A DNA stretch of 62,103 bases, the filler included. It is 5 parts of 5 records of this genome, joined end to end, with 100 filler letters (N's around TTAATTAATTAA, not from the genome) between each part and the next. Parts side by side here need not be neighbours in the genome. Positions count along the whole stretch, not along the records: positions 7,315 to 31,763 come from DRR723986_18371; 4 more parts are not named here. One strand, given 5' to 3'. The notes under the pieces are model-generated. The model saw only the letters and a list, made by a program, of their open reading frames with translations, was not told the origin of the DNA and ran no database searches. The position numbers and the translations under genes are program-made. This document shows, one piece after another, positions 12,901-21,417 of the stretch (positions within the stretch are counted from its first letter, which is position 1; each line of letters begins with the position of its first letter).

Positions 12901-13499
12901 TTACAACAATTGATGGATGTATAGATAATGTACTTCTTCCTAATTTAATTTGTGTACATCAAGTTCCGACTGCAAATTTTTCTTATTCACCTGATGAGAT
13001 TAGTTTGTTGGATCCTGTAGTTGATTTTACTAATTTGTCACAGAATGCAGATACTTATACTTGGAATTTTGGAGATGGAACAGCAGGAGCCGAAACAGAC
13101 CCAACTCATGCCTTCCCAGAAACATCTGGAGGAGATTACCCTGTTACTCTTACTGCCATAACTAATGAAGGTTGCTCAAGTACTTACACTCAAAATGTCA
13201 TGGTTTCTGAGCTAATTCAGTTTTATGTGCCGAATACCTTTACTCCCAATGCTGATTCTTTTAACCCGAGATACGAGCCAGTCTTTATACCGGGATTTGA
13301 ACCACTTGATTATAAATTCCAAATTTTTAATAGATGGGGTGAAATTATGTTTGAATCACAAGATCTGACTTACGGATGGGACGGAGCTTACGGAGGAAAT
13401 ATTGTGAATGACGGTACATTTGTTTGGAGGATGGAATTTAGAGAAGTTCGAACAGATAAGGTTCATGAATTCTTTGGACATGTTACGGTTCTAAAATAA
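9921..13499 (+). CDS. T9SS type-B cargo: L-type lectin domain + PKD + SprB repeats + PKD + CTD
   Basis: Signal peptide, legume-lectin-like motifs (GADGMMFVLQ, SIAVEIDTW, FFGWTGGTG), SprB-like repeats (DVTC.G..DG...GGT.PY.YS), and the CTD FYVPNTFTPN...FNRWG...GHVTVLK. Confidence 0.88.
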   Translation: MKLPVLIIFCLLTCLGFSQMSTEGSAQGACDCYTINDNTNQSGAIWSPNSIDLTNPFDFTFEVNLGCTNNFGADGMMFVLQTNGNGLGNLGNGIGYANPTSISPNSIAVEIDTWDSNPAVPTDIPSDHVGMHSGGVNSHNVVAPIAIPNIEDCLPHQFQVTWDPVLQNFEVLIDGGSIFIYNGDMVTNFFGGNPNVFFGWTGGTGGAMNVHTVCMYRNAAFTPDQTTVCANQVITFTDNSTSDLNMITNWAWAFGDGGTSNLQNPTHAYAAPGNYVAQLTITDISGCTDVVTTNITVNPGLTINMTQQDVTCFGFNDGQMTATPANGTGPYMYLWDDGGAQTTQTATGLAPNTYNVSVTDVNGCAGTGSGTITEPAVLQFNSVNIVDASCGMNNGSITINEQGGTAGYQYSIDGGATQQGANVFNGLAPNNYNLEIEDANGCTVTQAAMLNSNSAMVIDNLTATDETCGQSDGTITVNVSLGTAPYTYSLDAGATTQPGNVFNGLPGGNYTVQIEDANNCIVTGNVTVNSPSTLSINGVAVTDPSCAGIADGQFTVSPMGGTGPYTYSNDNGATFQPGDTFTGLLAGNYDIVLQDATGCQTNGATVLTDPPAVLIDNVLILDALCNGSADGTITITASGGAGGYTYSADGGATFQPGNVFNGLTAGNYTIQVNDINGCFATSVEVVGEPTALQIDNIIVTDVTCNGLSDGAVEVIASQGTAPYTYSDDNITFQAGNIINGLSAGNVNVFVNDVNGCQATSNAVISQSQPLIATLPNDTTICDGGTANLCPTIQGGTAPYTYTWNGVPSGGLNCLPTNMAGNYTIEVADANGCTSVIDDQNVFVNPPLQLNGGTNATICAGDDANLFAEAIGGNGGPYTYSWTNDQDGTVMNGSTQIVNPGQTTVYTVNVDDGCSTPPLPVQVTISTYAVPAIDFSPDFLEGCEPLAISFTNNTDPNLLASTTIDYGNGNNETTTAGVINQTYNIPGCYDVFVEITTIDGCIDNVLLPNLICVHQVPTANFSYSPDEISLLDPVVDFTNLSQNADTYTWNFGDGTAGAETDPTHAFPETSGGDYPVTLTAITNEGCSSTYTQNVMVSELIQFYVPNTFTPNADSFNPRYEPVFIPGFEPLDYKFQIFNRWGEIMFESQDLTYGWDGAYGGNIVNDGTFVWRMEFREVRTDKVHEFFGHVTVLK

Positions 13500-13528
13500 T
13501 CCCGTAATTTTGTGCAAAGATTTGTTTC

Positions 13529-15727
13529 ATGTACAAAATACTCAGCTTTCTTTCGATCTTAATAATAAGTAGTGCTAATGCCCAAACAGATGGTTATTCT
13601 AGTTCTTGGGAATTTTTAGGTCCTGATAAAAAACCATTGGAAGATAAACGGCAATCTGCAACAGGGATAGGACCTGTTGAATTTATTGAAGCTAATCAAA
13701 ACGTTCAAGGTTTATTATTAGCAGGATCATTGAATGGTGGTTTGTTTTATTCAACAGATGGTGCTGAACAATGGATCAATGCCGGCTCAGATGAATGGCC
13801 TTATTCCGGGTGTTCAGCTGCAGCTTTTCATCCTTCAAATCAAAAAGTATGGTTCGCTAATTCTGTGTATCACAATGCTAATGGTGGACCTGGATCTATA
13901 GGTCATCAAGGTGGGATTTATCGAACTCTAAATGGCGGATTAGATTGGGAACTCGTTGGAAGCCAAAAGGCATTTATTGGATCATCTTACTTAACTGTTT
14001 TCGGTATGAAGTTTCATCCTGAAAATGATAAACAACTCTTCATTTACACTTCAGAAGGGGTTTATTTTTCAGAGGATTGCCTGGCTGATAGAATTAAATG
14101 GAAAAGGATAAAAAACATTGGAGGTTGGGTATATGATTTAGAATTTACGTCAGACCGCATATACGTGAGTCAAAAGCAACACGCTAAATGGAACGTGTTA
14201 GGTTTTGGTTTGAACGATTATTCTTTAATAGATACCGTTGAGTTTGTTGGTGAGTTGCTTGATTCTAAAACCTCTGTGACCATTGAGCCTCAAGAGGACA
14301 ATTTATTAGTGCTCGTCAATTTTGAAAGAAAAGGAGATGAGTTATGGAAACTTGATTTTTCAAATGATTCTTATGATTTGATCATTAGGAATCAACGCGT
14401 AATTTTTGGAAATGGAAATACTTTTGAATGCTCGCCGCATAATAAAGATGAAGTTTATGTAGGCTACTCAACTACTATAAAGCGTTGGGAAGTGTCCACG
14501 AAGAGTGAAAAAAGGATAAGAGGAGGTTATCATGTGGATATTGAAGGTGTTCGTTATGATCCTTTTGATACTAGCAAAGTATACCTGGCAACGCATGGTG
14601 GAGTTTATGTAAGCGAGAATAATGGGCAGGAATGGGTAAGTAAAAGTAAAGGGCTTGGTATAGCTGAAGTTGAAGGCCTGGCCATTTCACGAAAAGATCC
14701 CAATGTCATGGCAATAGGGTGTTTCCATGATGGGAGTACTTATCGAGCTGATTTTGATAAAAATGGAATTTATGAATGGAAAAACATTAATGGAGGTGAT
14801 GGTTTAGTTCCACTTATTCCGCATAATGATTTGAACGTTGTTTACACATCAAATCAATATTTAGGAGGCGGAATGTACTTCTCTAATGATTCAGGGCGGA
14901 CCAGCGTAAATATACATTCTCAAAACAATGTAAAAACATCAGGTTGGCGAATGACCGGCGTATTACATCCTGAACGGCAAGATATTTTGTACTTCAACTT
15001 TGAGGTACCCAATGGATCTGGAAAAGGAAATATTGATGTCGGTAGAACTGACAACCCACCAGGTATCAGAACAATCGAGCGGATGACTAATTTTAAAGTA
15101 TCTCATGGAATAGAGGCCTATACCATTTATGGGATTTATAATTCAGAATACCACCCAAACGTACTGTTAATTCACATGATTGAAGAGACAAAAGATGAAA
15201 ACGGCAAGCGTAAAGATGTTCATAGGGTTTGGCGAACCGATCATGCCTTAGACAGTGCTAAACATGTAATTCATTCTTGGTATCCGGTAGAGATTCCAAG
15301 AAGTGACTGGATTGGTTCTCTGACATTGGACCCTAAAAAAAGTAATAAAATGTTCATTACCTATGTTTCGGGTAAACACGGAACTGAGTTAACAAATGAA
15401 GATTTTGGGATGGCCTATTTATTGAAATACAAAAAATCCGATTTTGCACTAAAAAGAGAAATTTCAATTACGGGTAATATCGATTACTCAAAGGCCGGTA
15501 GATACAATTTCGTTTATGATGGTAAAGGAGGGGCTTATTTTGGAACAAGAACTGGAGTTTATCACGGTACAAGAAAAACGCTTAAAGGGAGAGGGGATTG
15601 GACACGTGTTGGTTCTAATTTACCTCATTGTGAAGTGAGAGGTTTGTATTTAGATCCCAACCAGAATTTCCTGACAATAGGATTTTATGGGCGTGGTGTC
15701 TGGCGATATTATTTGCCTGCTGAGTAA
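13529..15727 (+). CDS. VPS10/BNR (Asp-box) beta-propeller secreted protein
   Basis: Signal peptide, repeated Asp-boxes (YSTDGAEQW, RTLNGGLDW, VSENNGQEW, FSNDSG), GGDG, and terminal YGRGVW. Confidence 0.75.
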   Translation: MYKILSFLSILIISSANAQTDGYSSSWEFLGPDKKPLEDKRQSATGIGPVEFIEANQNVQGLLLAGSLNGGLFYSTDGAEQWINAGSDEWPYSGCSAAAFHPSNQKVWFANSVYHNANGGPGSIGHQGGIYRTLNGGLDWELVGSQKAFIGSSYLTVFGMKFHPENDKQLFIYTSEGVYFSEDCLADRIKWKRIKNIGGWVYDLEFTSDRIYVSQKQHAKWNVLGFGLNDYSLIDTVEFVGELLDSKTSVTIEPQEDNLLVLVNFERKGDELWKLDFSNDSYDLIIRNQRVIFGNGNTFECSPHNKDEVYVGYSTTIKRWEVSTKSEKRIRGGYHVDIEGVRYDPFDTSKVYLATHGGVYVSENNGQEWVSKSKGLGIAEVEGLAISRKDPNVMAIGCFHDGSTYRADFDKNGIYEWKNINGGDGLVPLIPHNDLNVVYTSNQYLGGGMYFSNDSGRTSVNIHSQNNVKTSGWRMTGVLHPERQDILYFNFEVPNGSGKGNIDVGRTDNPPGIRTIERMTNFKVSHGIEAYTIYGIYNSEYHPNVLLIHMIEETKDENGKRKDVHRVWRTDHALDSAKHVIHSWYPVEIPRSDWIGSLTLDPKKSNKMFITYVSGKHGTELTNEDFGMAYLLKYKKSDFALKREISITGNIDYSKAGRYNFVYDGKGGAYFGTRTGVYHGTRKTLKGRGDWTRVGSNLPHCEVRGLYLDPNQNFLTIGFYGRGVWRYYLPAE

Positions 15728-16019
15728 ATGACTTCTTTTTTTAATGCACCTTTCTTTATTTCTGCTTTAATAAACTTATAGCTTCATGTGGTTTGTAGAG
15801 TCTAAATTCTGATCTTTTTATATTAGGAATGGTAAATCGATCTCAGGTGACGATTATCGGATTCTGAATTCTTGATGTGAGCGTCTACAATCGACAAACA
15901 AGATGGAATATATATTAGGAGATGTCGTGAGCAAATCAATCCACTAGTCCACTTCCTAATTCAAATTCTCACTGATATTGTTTTTTTATGTAGAATTTGA
16001 TAAGCACAAATTAATTGAC

Positions 16020-16052
16020 AAAAAAAAGCCCGCTGCGAAAATCGCAACGGGC
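16020..16052 (-). terminator. Rho-independent terminator of the Reelin-like/PKD gene
   Basis: Minus strand reads GCCCGTTGCGA-TTT-TCGCAGCGGGC followed by a T8 run, about 22 nt past the stop. Confidence 0.85.
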
Positions 16053-16074
16053 CTGTAGTATTTATGATTGGTAA

Positions 16075-18987
16075 TTACTTACCACTTACTTTAGTAATTG
16101 TACCTTGTCCTTCTTCAGTATCGCCGTTTTCAGCAGTTAACCTATAAGTATAAAAGTACGTTCCATCAGGACACATTCCGTTTCCGAATTTAGTTCCATC
16201 CCAAGCATCTGTGATGTCAGTGAACTCAGCAACCTTTTGTCCCCAACGATTTACAATCACACATTCAAATTCTGTAACTGCGAAAGAAACAAAGTTGAAA
16301 GTGAATACATCATTGTCACCATCTCCATTTGGCGTAAAGATATTTACTGGTTCGAATAATAGATCATCAAAGATGATAATATCCTCACAAGCCATATCAG
16401 TACATCCGAAGTGGTTGATTACTTCTAAACAAACTGTGTACGTACCACCATTAGTGAAACATGTATCTAATGAATAGTTGAAATCATTAGTTAAAGTTCC
16501 AGTGGACACATTCGTTGTATCTAAATTCCAAATGAACGTTGGTTCAGCTTGAGCATCAGCAGGGTTCGTGTAGTTTTGCGAAGTATTAGCATAGTTTACA
16601 CAAACAGGTGCAGTACCTTCCCATTCTGCACTAAAGTCAGATGATGTCAAGTCGAAACTTGCAATTGGGTTTAATGAGTCCAATACGATTGTTTGAGTAA
16701 CTAGACATCCATTGTTATCTTGAACAAGAACTTCGTAAGTTGCAGGATTCAATCCTCCCCAAGTTGAGTTAGGAGAAGTTTGGCCTGTACTTAAGTTAGT
16801 CCATTGATACTCAAATCCAGGAGCTCCACCAGTTGCTGATGCGAATACTACACCACTACCATTTTGGTAGCTATATAATCTACACCATGCTGGCTCAGAT
16901 CCTAAGTCTAACACGATTGGCGGTGCTTCTGTGATTTCAAAGTCAAATGACTGAGAACATCCGAATTCATCATCAATCTTTAAAGTGTAATTTCCAGCAG
17001 CGATACTATAAGAACTATCGGCTCCTTGTCCGTCTGGTACTAATGGATTATCTGGAATCCAGTTGTAATTGATATTACCATACGCACCTTGGTAACCGTA
17101 AACATTGTCTACGTGTGCAATACCAGTAGCATCTCCATTACACAAAACGTGAGTTAAATCAAGGTCGATTGTAATAACATCTGGATCTGGAAGATAGATT
17201 GAGTCATAGTTTTGACAAGCTCCTCCTAAATCTACATCAATATAATACCATCCTGCAATCAATTGGTTTGCAGCCAAAGAACCTGCACCGTTAACTTGGT
17301 TTCCTAATGAATCCGTAATGGTAACAATTTGAGTACCTGTGTTCGTTGGGAAATTCACAACAATTGAACCATCAGCAGTTTGATTACAAACCGGATCACC
17401 AACAGTATAAGTGATAGGATTGTTTACAATTGTAATAGTTTCAGTGTGTGTATCCATTGTACCACAAGCAGCATCACCAACAGTTAAAGTAACTGTAAAT
17501 GAACTGTTGCTTGGGAATGTATGCGTAGCATCATAAGTCGTGTAATCAATTGCTGGTGCACCGTCACCCATATCCCATGTATAAGTAAGGTTAGGTGTTC
17601 CTGTATTGGTAAACACAACAGTTGGGTCTCCACATTCTGTTTCATAAGTAAAGTCAGCAACTGGAGTAATATTTGCTCCAACAGTTATATCAACAGTAAT
17701 TGTACTGTCCTGACAAGTTGCTCCAGCTAATGTTGCTGTTAAAGAAACAGTATAAGTACCTGGGTTAGTAAAGGTATGAGATGGGTTGGTTGTATTATCA
17801 ACTGGAGAACCATCTCCAAAGTTCCATATATAGCCTTGTCCAGTAGAAGTATTATTAAAGTTTACGATAAGTGGCGCACATCCGGCGGTAACACTCGGTG
17901 TGAACTCAGCAATAGCTGAACCACTGTTCATGGTTATATCTATGGTTTCGGAGGCGGAGCAACCGGAGTTGGCCTCGACAATATCTACTTGATAAGTTTC
18001 ACTTACGGTAGGACAAGCAGTAGTATTGGCTGAATTCGTAGAAGACAATGTAGCTGCAGGTGTCCATGTATATTGGTAATTTGGATTTGGATTGTTTGGT
18101 GAAGGACTTAAAATTGCATCTAAGCTCGTACATTCTCCACAGTCCAAAACAATTGAATCACAAACGATATCCACGTTAAATGGATTAACCGTTACAACGA
18201 ATTGAGTTTGGCATGTGTCATCAATTCCGTTTGTATAATCTACATCATAAACAGTAGTTACGGTTGGTGACATTGTTGAATCCCCTGATCCAACACCAAT
18301 ATTCCCTACGTTGTCATTCCATACATAGTAATACGCGTTACCACAATCAATTGGTTGAATAGAAACGTTGTCAATTCCCCAGTGATCCCAGTTAGCAGAA
18401 CTACCAACATCTTGTCTCCATTGGAACATTGTATTTGCAGACCATCCGCCTGGAGGTAATGCAAAACAATAGTTTGCCCATTGGTAATAAGGACCAGTGT
18501 TAGCAGAGTTAGGTTGGAAATAAGTAATGTCTACCCAAGTTGCTCCACCGTTAGTTGAATATCTAAGATATACACCTTCGTTAGCAGCATCTGGATCCTC
18601 ACAGTCAATTGAGTTTTCATCTTCTGCGAAATCTAGATCAAAACAAATAGTTGCTCCACACTGTAAATCAAATGGAACAGTAATTAACTCTCTAGGCTGA
18701 GTCGCAGAACCACCCATCCAAGCAGATGGAGTTCCATCTAAAGAAGGTCCACATGGATTGTTATACATCACTGTTTGTGATGAAGACCATCCTGGCCCTA
18801 ACATGTTATTATTAAAATCTTCAAATAGTACCGGTCCAGAAGATACACCTTGAGCACTTAATAGTACCTCTTCACCACATAAAATTGTAGCTGTCGGTGG
18901 ATTTGCTGTTACCGAACATTGAGCTTGAGAATTAAATCCTAATCCTAAAGCCATTATGGTTATATAACCTTTAAATAAGTTTTTCAT
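16075..18987 (-). CDS. T9SS type-B cargo: Reelin-like N-terminal domain + PKD domains + SprB-like repeats + CTD
   Basis: Signal peptide from ATG 18987 (MKNLFKG...SQAQ), PKD motifs WNFGDG and WDMGDG, and the CTD PVNIFTPNGDGDND...NRWG...WDG...GTIT. Confidence 0.85.
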   Translation of the reverse strand: MKNLFKGYITIMALGLGFNSQAQCSVTANPPTATILCGEEVLLSAQGVSSGPVLFEDFNNNMLGPGWSSSQTVMYNNPCGPSLDGTPSAWMGGSATQPRELITVPFDLQCGATICFDLDFAEDENSIDCEDPDAANEGVYLRYSTNGGATWVDITYFQPNSANTGPYYQWANYCFALPPGGWSANTMFQWRQDVGSSANWDHWGIDNVSIQPIDCGNAYYYVWNDNVGNIGVGSGDSTMSPTVTTVYDVDYTNGIDDTCQTQFVVTVNPFNVDIVCDSIVLDCGECTSLDAILSPSPNNPNPNYQYTWTPAATLSSTNSANTTACPTVSETYQVDIVEANSGCSASETIDITMNSGSAIAEFTPSVTAGCAPLIVNFNNTSTGQGYIWNFGDGSPVDNTTNPSHTFTNPGTYTVSLTATLAGATCQDSTITVDITVGANITPVADFTYETECGDPTVVFTNTGTPNLTYTWDMGDGAPAIDYTTYDATHTFPSNSSFTVTLTVGDAACGTMDTHTETITIVNNPITYTVGDPVCNQTADGSIVVNFPTNTGTQIVTITDSLGNQVNGAGSLAANQLIAGWYYIDVDLGGACQNYDSIYLPDPDVITIDLDLTHVLCNGDATGIAHVDNVYGYQGAYGNINYNWIPDNPLVPDGQGADSSYSIAAGNYTLKIDDEFGCSQSFDFEITEAPPIVLDLGSEPAWCRLYSYQNGSGVVFASATGGAPGFEYQWTNLSTGQTSPNSTWGGLNPATYEVLVQDNNGCLVTQTIVLDSLNPIASFDLTSSDFSAEWEGTAPVCVNYANTSQNYTNPADAQAEPTFIWNLDTTNVSTGTLTNDFNYSLDTCFTNGGTYTVCLEVINHFGCTDMACEDIIIFDDLLFEPVNIFTPNGDGDNDVFTFNFVSFAVTEFECVIVNRWGQKVAEFTDITDAWDGTKFGNGMCPDGTYFYTYRLTAENGDTEEGQGTITKVSGK

Positions 18988-18995
18988 AGTTGTAG

Positions 18996-19529
18996 TTATT
19001 TCCAAACAGAGGTTTTCAGATTAATTAATTTAAAATCAGTTAATCTAGTTTCAGTCATTCCATCAATTAAAGTGATGAAATTCGCGAAAATGAATAACTC
19101 ATGATTGGTCATTGTAGTGCAATTTCCTTCTTTTACTTCATTAGCATCAAGTTGAACCGTATAGGTGTGCTCACCACTACCAATTTTATGGCAGTTTTGA
19201 CACTCATTATCCATATAAACTTCACGTTGATAAGTCAACGCCAATTTATTAGAAGTTGTGTTCGTAAATTTCAAGAATACCATTGTTGAATTTCTAAAGC
19301 CATCAAGACCTTTAGTATCACAATCTTGAAATTTATACTCGATTTTAATTCCATCAAAAGTTGTATAATTTGTCCAAACATCAGTTCGAACAACTTCAGA
19401 TGCCAATACAGTCTTACTTGGAGTCATGTAAGTTGCCTTCGCATTTCCAAAGTTAGGTAGTGCTACCAATATTGAAAACACGGATACTTTTAACGCTTTG
19501 CCTAAAAGATTTTTCATTGAATATTTCAT
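18996..19529 (-). CDS. Hypothetical secreted protein (4 Cys)
   Basis: 177-aa ORF with a signal peptide, ending 8 nt before the downstream T9SS cargo start. Probably co-transcribed. Confidence 0.75.
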   Translation of the reverse strand: MKYSMKNLLGKALKVSVFSILVALPNFGNAKATYMTPSKTVLASEVVRTDVWTNYTTFDGIKIEYKFQDCDTKGLDGFRNSTMVFLKFTNTTSNKLALTYQREVYMDNECQNCHKIGSGEHTYTVQLDANEVKEGNCTTMTNHELFIFANFITLIDGMTETRLTDFKLINLKTSVWK

Positions 19530-19576
19530 AAATACTGTTTATTATTTAGAATAAGTTTTTCTACGTAATGCTTCAA

Positions 19577-19604
19577 AAACGAAACAGGTTGCAAATAGGT
19601 TGCA
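19577..19604 (-). promoter_or_regulatory. Putative ECF-sigma-type promoter
   Basis: Minus strand reads TGCAACC-N16-CGTTT, matching the general ECF AAC...CGT layout. The AGGTTGCA motif is directly repeated. Confidence 0.4.
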
Positions 19605-19686
19605 TGGGTTTACATTTTTTTTCAACGTAAATTTAATACTTTTTCTCTTTATATGCGTTTCATGTTACTTTTCGCGCACTTTGTAT

Positions 19687-19694
19687 TAAATTTG
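19687..19694 (+). promoter_or_regulatory. Bacteroidota -7 promoter element (TAnnTTTG)
   Basis: TAAATTTG ends 31 nt before the ATG at 19726. Confidence 0.55.
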
Positions 19695-19725
19695 AAGAAT
19701 ACTTAAAGTAAAATAAATTGGATTT

Positions 19726-20295
19726 ATGACTAAGGGAGAATTATTATTACAAGTTGCGTTTTACGTTGTTCCAGCCGTGGCTTTTTTCGGAGCAGTTTAT
19801 TATTTTACGAATAAGTGGTTTGAAATTCAAAAAGATAGAATAAAAATTAAATCGATTGAAAATTCTCGACCAGTAGCTGAACAAAAGAAAAATTCAATAA
19901 ACAAGGATTTTTTACCAATGCAAGTGGATGCTTATCAACGCTTGGTACTTTTCTTAGAACGAATTGCACCTAATAATATGATTATGCGTTTAAATAATCC
20001 AGGTTTGCCTTCGGGTGCATTTCAGGCTAAATTGATAGAAACTATTCGTCAAGAATATGAGCATAATTTAGCCCAACAAATATTTGTTTCTGCAGACGCT
20101 TGGAAGTTAACACGAAACACAAAAGAAGAGGTTTTAAAAATTATTAATATGGCTGCCACTAAAATGCCTCCAACTGCAATGGCTAATGATTTATGTAAAG
20201 GGATTTTTGAAATTACTGCACAACTTGAGAAACAACCTACTGATGGCGCAATTTCTTTTTTAAAGGAAGAGTTGAACAAAAAACTTGCATTGTAA
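19726..20295 (+). CDS. Conserved Bacteroidota membrane-anchored hypothetical protein
   Basis: N-terminal TM helix and the motifs QVDAYQRLVLFLERI and IRQEYEHNLAQQIFVS. Confidence 0.8.
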   Translation: MTKGELLLQVAFYVVPAVAFFGAVYYFTNKWFEIQKDRIKIKSIENSRPVAEQKKNSINKDFLPMQVDAYQRLVLFLERIAPNNMIMRLNNPGLPSGAFQAKLIETIRQEYEHNLAQQIFVSADAWKLTRNTKEEVLKIINMAATKMPPTAMANDLCKGIFEITAQLEKQPTDGAISFLKEELNKKLAL

Positions 20296-20296
20296 G

Positions 20297-20590
20297 TTAC
20301 ATAGGTGGCTCTTTAGCCCTCATTATTTTTTGAGTCAGATTTAGAAATAAAGCGACCATTGCGAACAGTGAAACTGTAAGACCGGCATAATACATGTAAT
20401 CTAGCCTGAGAATGCCGCGAAAAAAAACAGTGAAGGCGAGAAGGCAAACAGCGGCAATTCCAAATATCATCCAAACTGCTTCGAAAAAAGTTAAAATTCC
20501 CTTTTTACCTGAAACAAAAATCAATAGAAAGTTCAGAAAACCAACTACTATTATTCCATAAACTGCGGTATTGACTAGAACTTCTACCAT
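20297..20590 (-). CDS. Small hypothetical membrane protein (3 TM)
   Basis: 97-aa hydrophobic ORF. A TATATTTG -7 element lies just upstream on the minus strand. Confidence 0.65.
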   Translation of the reverse strand: MVEVLVNTAVYGIIVVGFLNFLLIFVSGKKGILTFFEAVWMIFGIAAVCLLAFTVFFRGILRLDYMYYAGLTVSLFAMVALFLNLTQKIMRAKEPPM

Positions 20591-20629
20591 ATGAGCAGCT
20601 CAAATATAGAAAATAAAGGTAGAGTAGTG

Positions 20630-21343
20630 TTAGGCCATGGTGTGGAATACCATTTGGACGTCATCATCCTCTTCAAGTCTTTCAATTAATTTGTTGACTT
20701 CTTCTTCCTGTTCATCATTCAAAGAAACTGTGTTTAAAGGGATTCTCTCTAAATTGGCTTCTTTTATTTCATGGCCTAATTCTTCAAGACCCGATTGTAT
20801 ATTCCCAAAATCTTCAAACTGTCCATAAATGATGATTTCGTTTTCGTCATCATCTTTATCAATTTCTTCAGCTCCATGATCAATCATGGCAAATTCGAAC
20901 TCCTCAACGTCTATATCACTTGCATCAATCTTAAACATGCATTTGCGTTCAAAAAGAAATTCTACACTACCACTTGTACCCAATGATCCGTCACACTTAT
21001 TAAAACATGCGCGAACATTTGCTACAGTCCTTGTTGGATTGTCTGTTAATGTTTCTACCAAAATCGCAACACCATGCTGAGCGTATCCTTCATAAACTCT
21101 TTCATCCCAATCTTCTTGGTTTTTATCAGTAGCTTTTTTAATCGCTCGCTCAACATTATCCTTGGGCATGTTGGCAGCCTTTGCATTTTGAATAAGAATT
21201 CGCAATTTCGAATTCGCGTCAGGATCGGGACCGCCCTCTTTTGCCGCCTTTGTAATTTCTCTACCGATTTTAGTAAAGGTTTTGGACATGGCGCCCCAAC
21301 GCTTCATTTTACGCGCTTTTCTAAATTCAAATGCTCTTCCCAT
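20630..21343 (-). CDS. yebC: YebC/PmpR family protein
   Basis: MGRAFEFRK, GGPDPDAN, NMPKDNVERAI, YEGY, TDNPTRT and LEEDDDVQ motifs. Confidence 0.95.
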   Translation of the reverse strand: MGRAFEFRKARKMKRWGAMSKTFTKIGREITKAAKEGGPDPDANSKLRILIQNAKAANMPKDNVERAIKKATDKNQEDWDERVYEGYAQHGVAILVETLTDNPTRTVANVRACFNKCDGSLGTSGSVEFLFERKCMFKIDASDIDVEEFEFAMIDHGAEEIDKDDDENEIIIYGQFEDFGNIQSGLEELGHEIKEANLERIPLNTVSLNDEQEEEVNKLIERLEEDDDVQMVFHTMA

Positions 21344-21417
21344 TTCTTAAAATTTGATTGATTTCAAATATAAGAATTATCAAAATTAAACGAGACAAGA
21401 TTTGAAGATTTCGAAAA

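Noticed and set aside
15822-15960. Possible MITE bounded by ATTAGGAA/TTCCTAAT
   Set aside because: Only an 8-bp inverted match in AT-rich DNA, with no target duplication and no second copy in the window.
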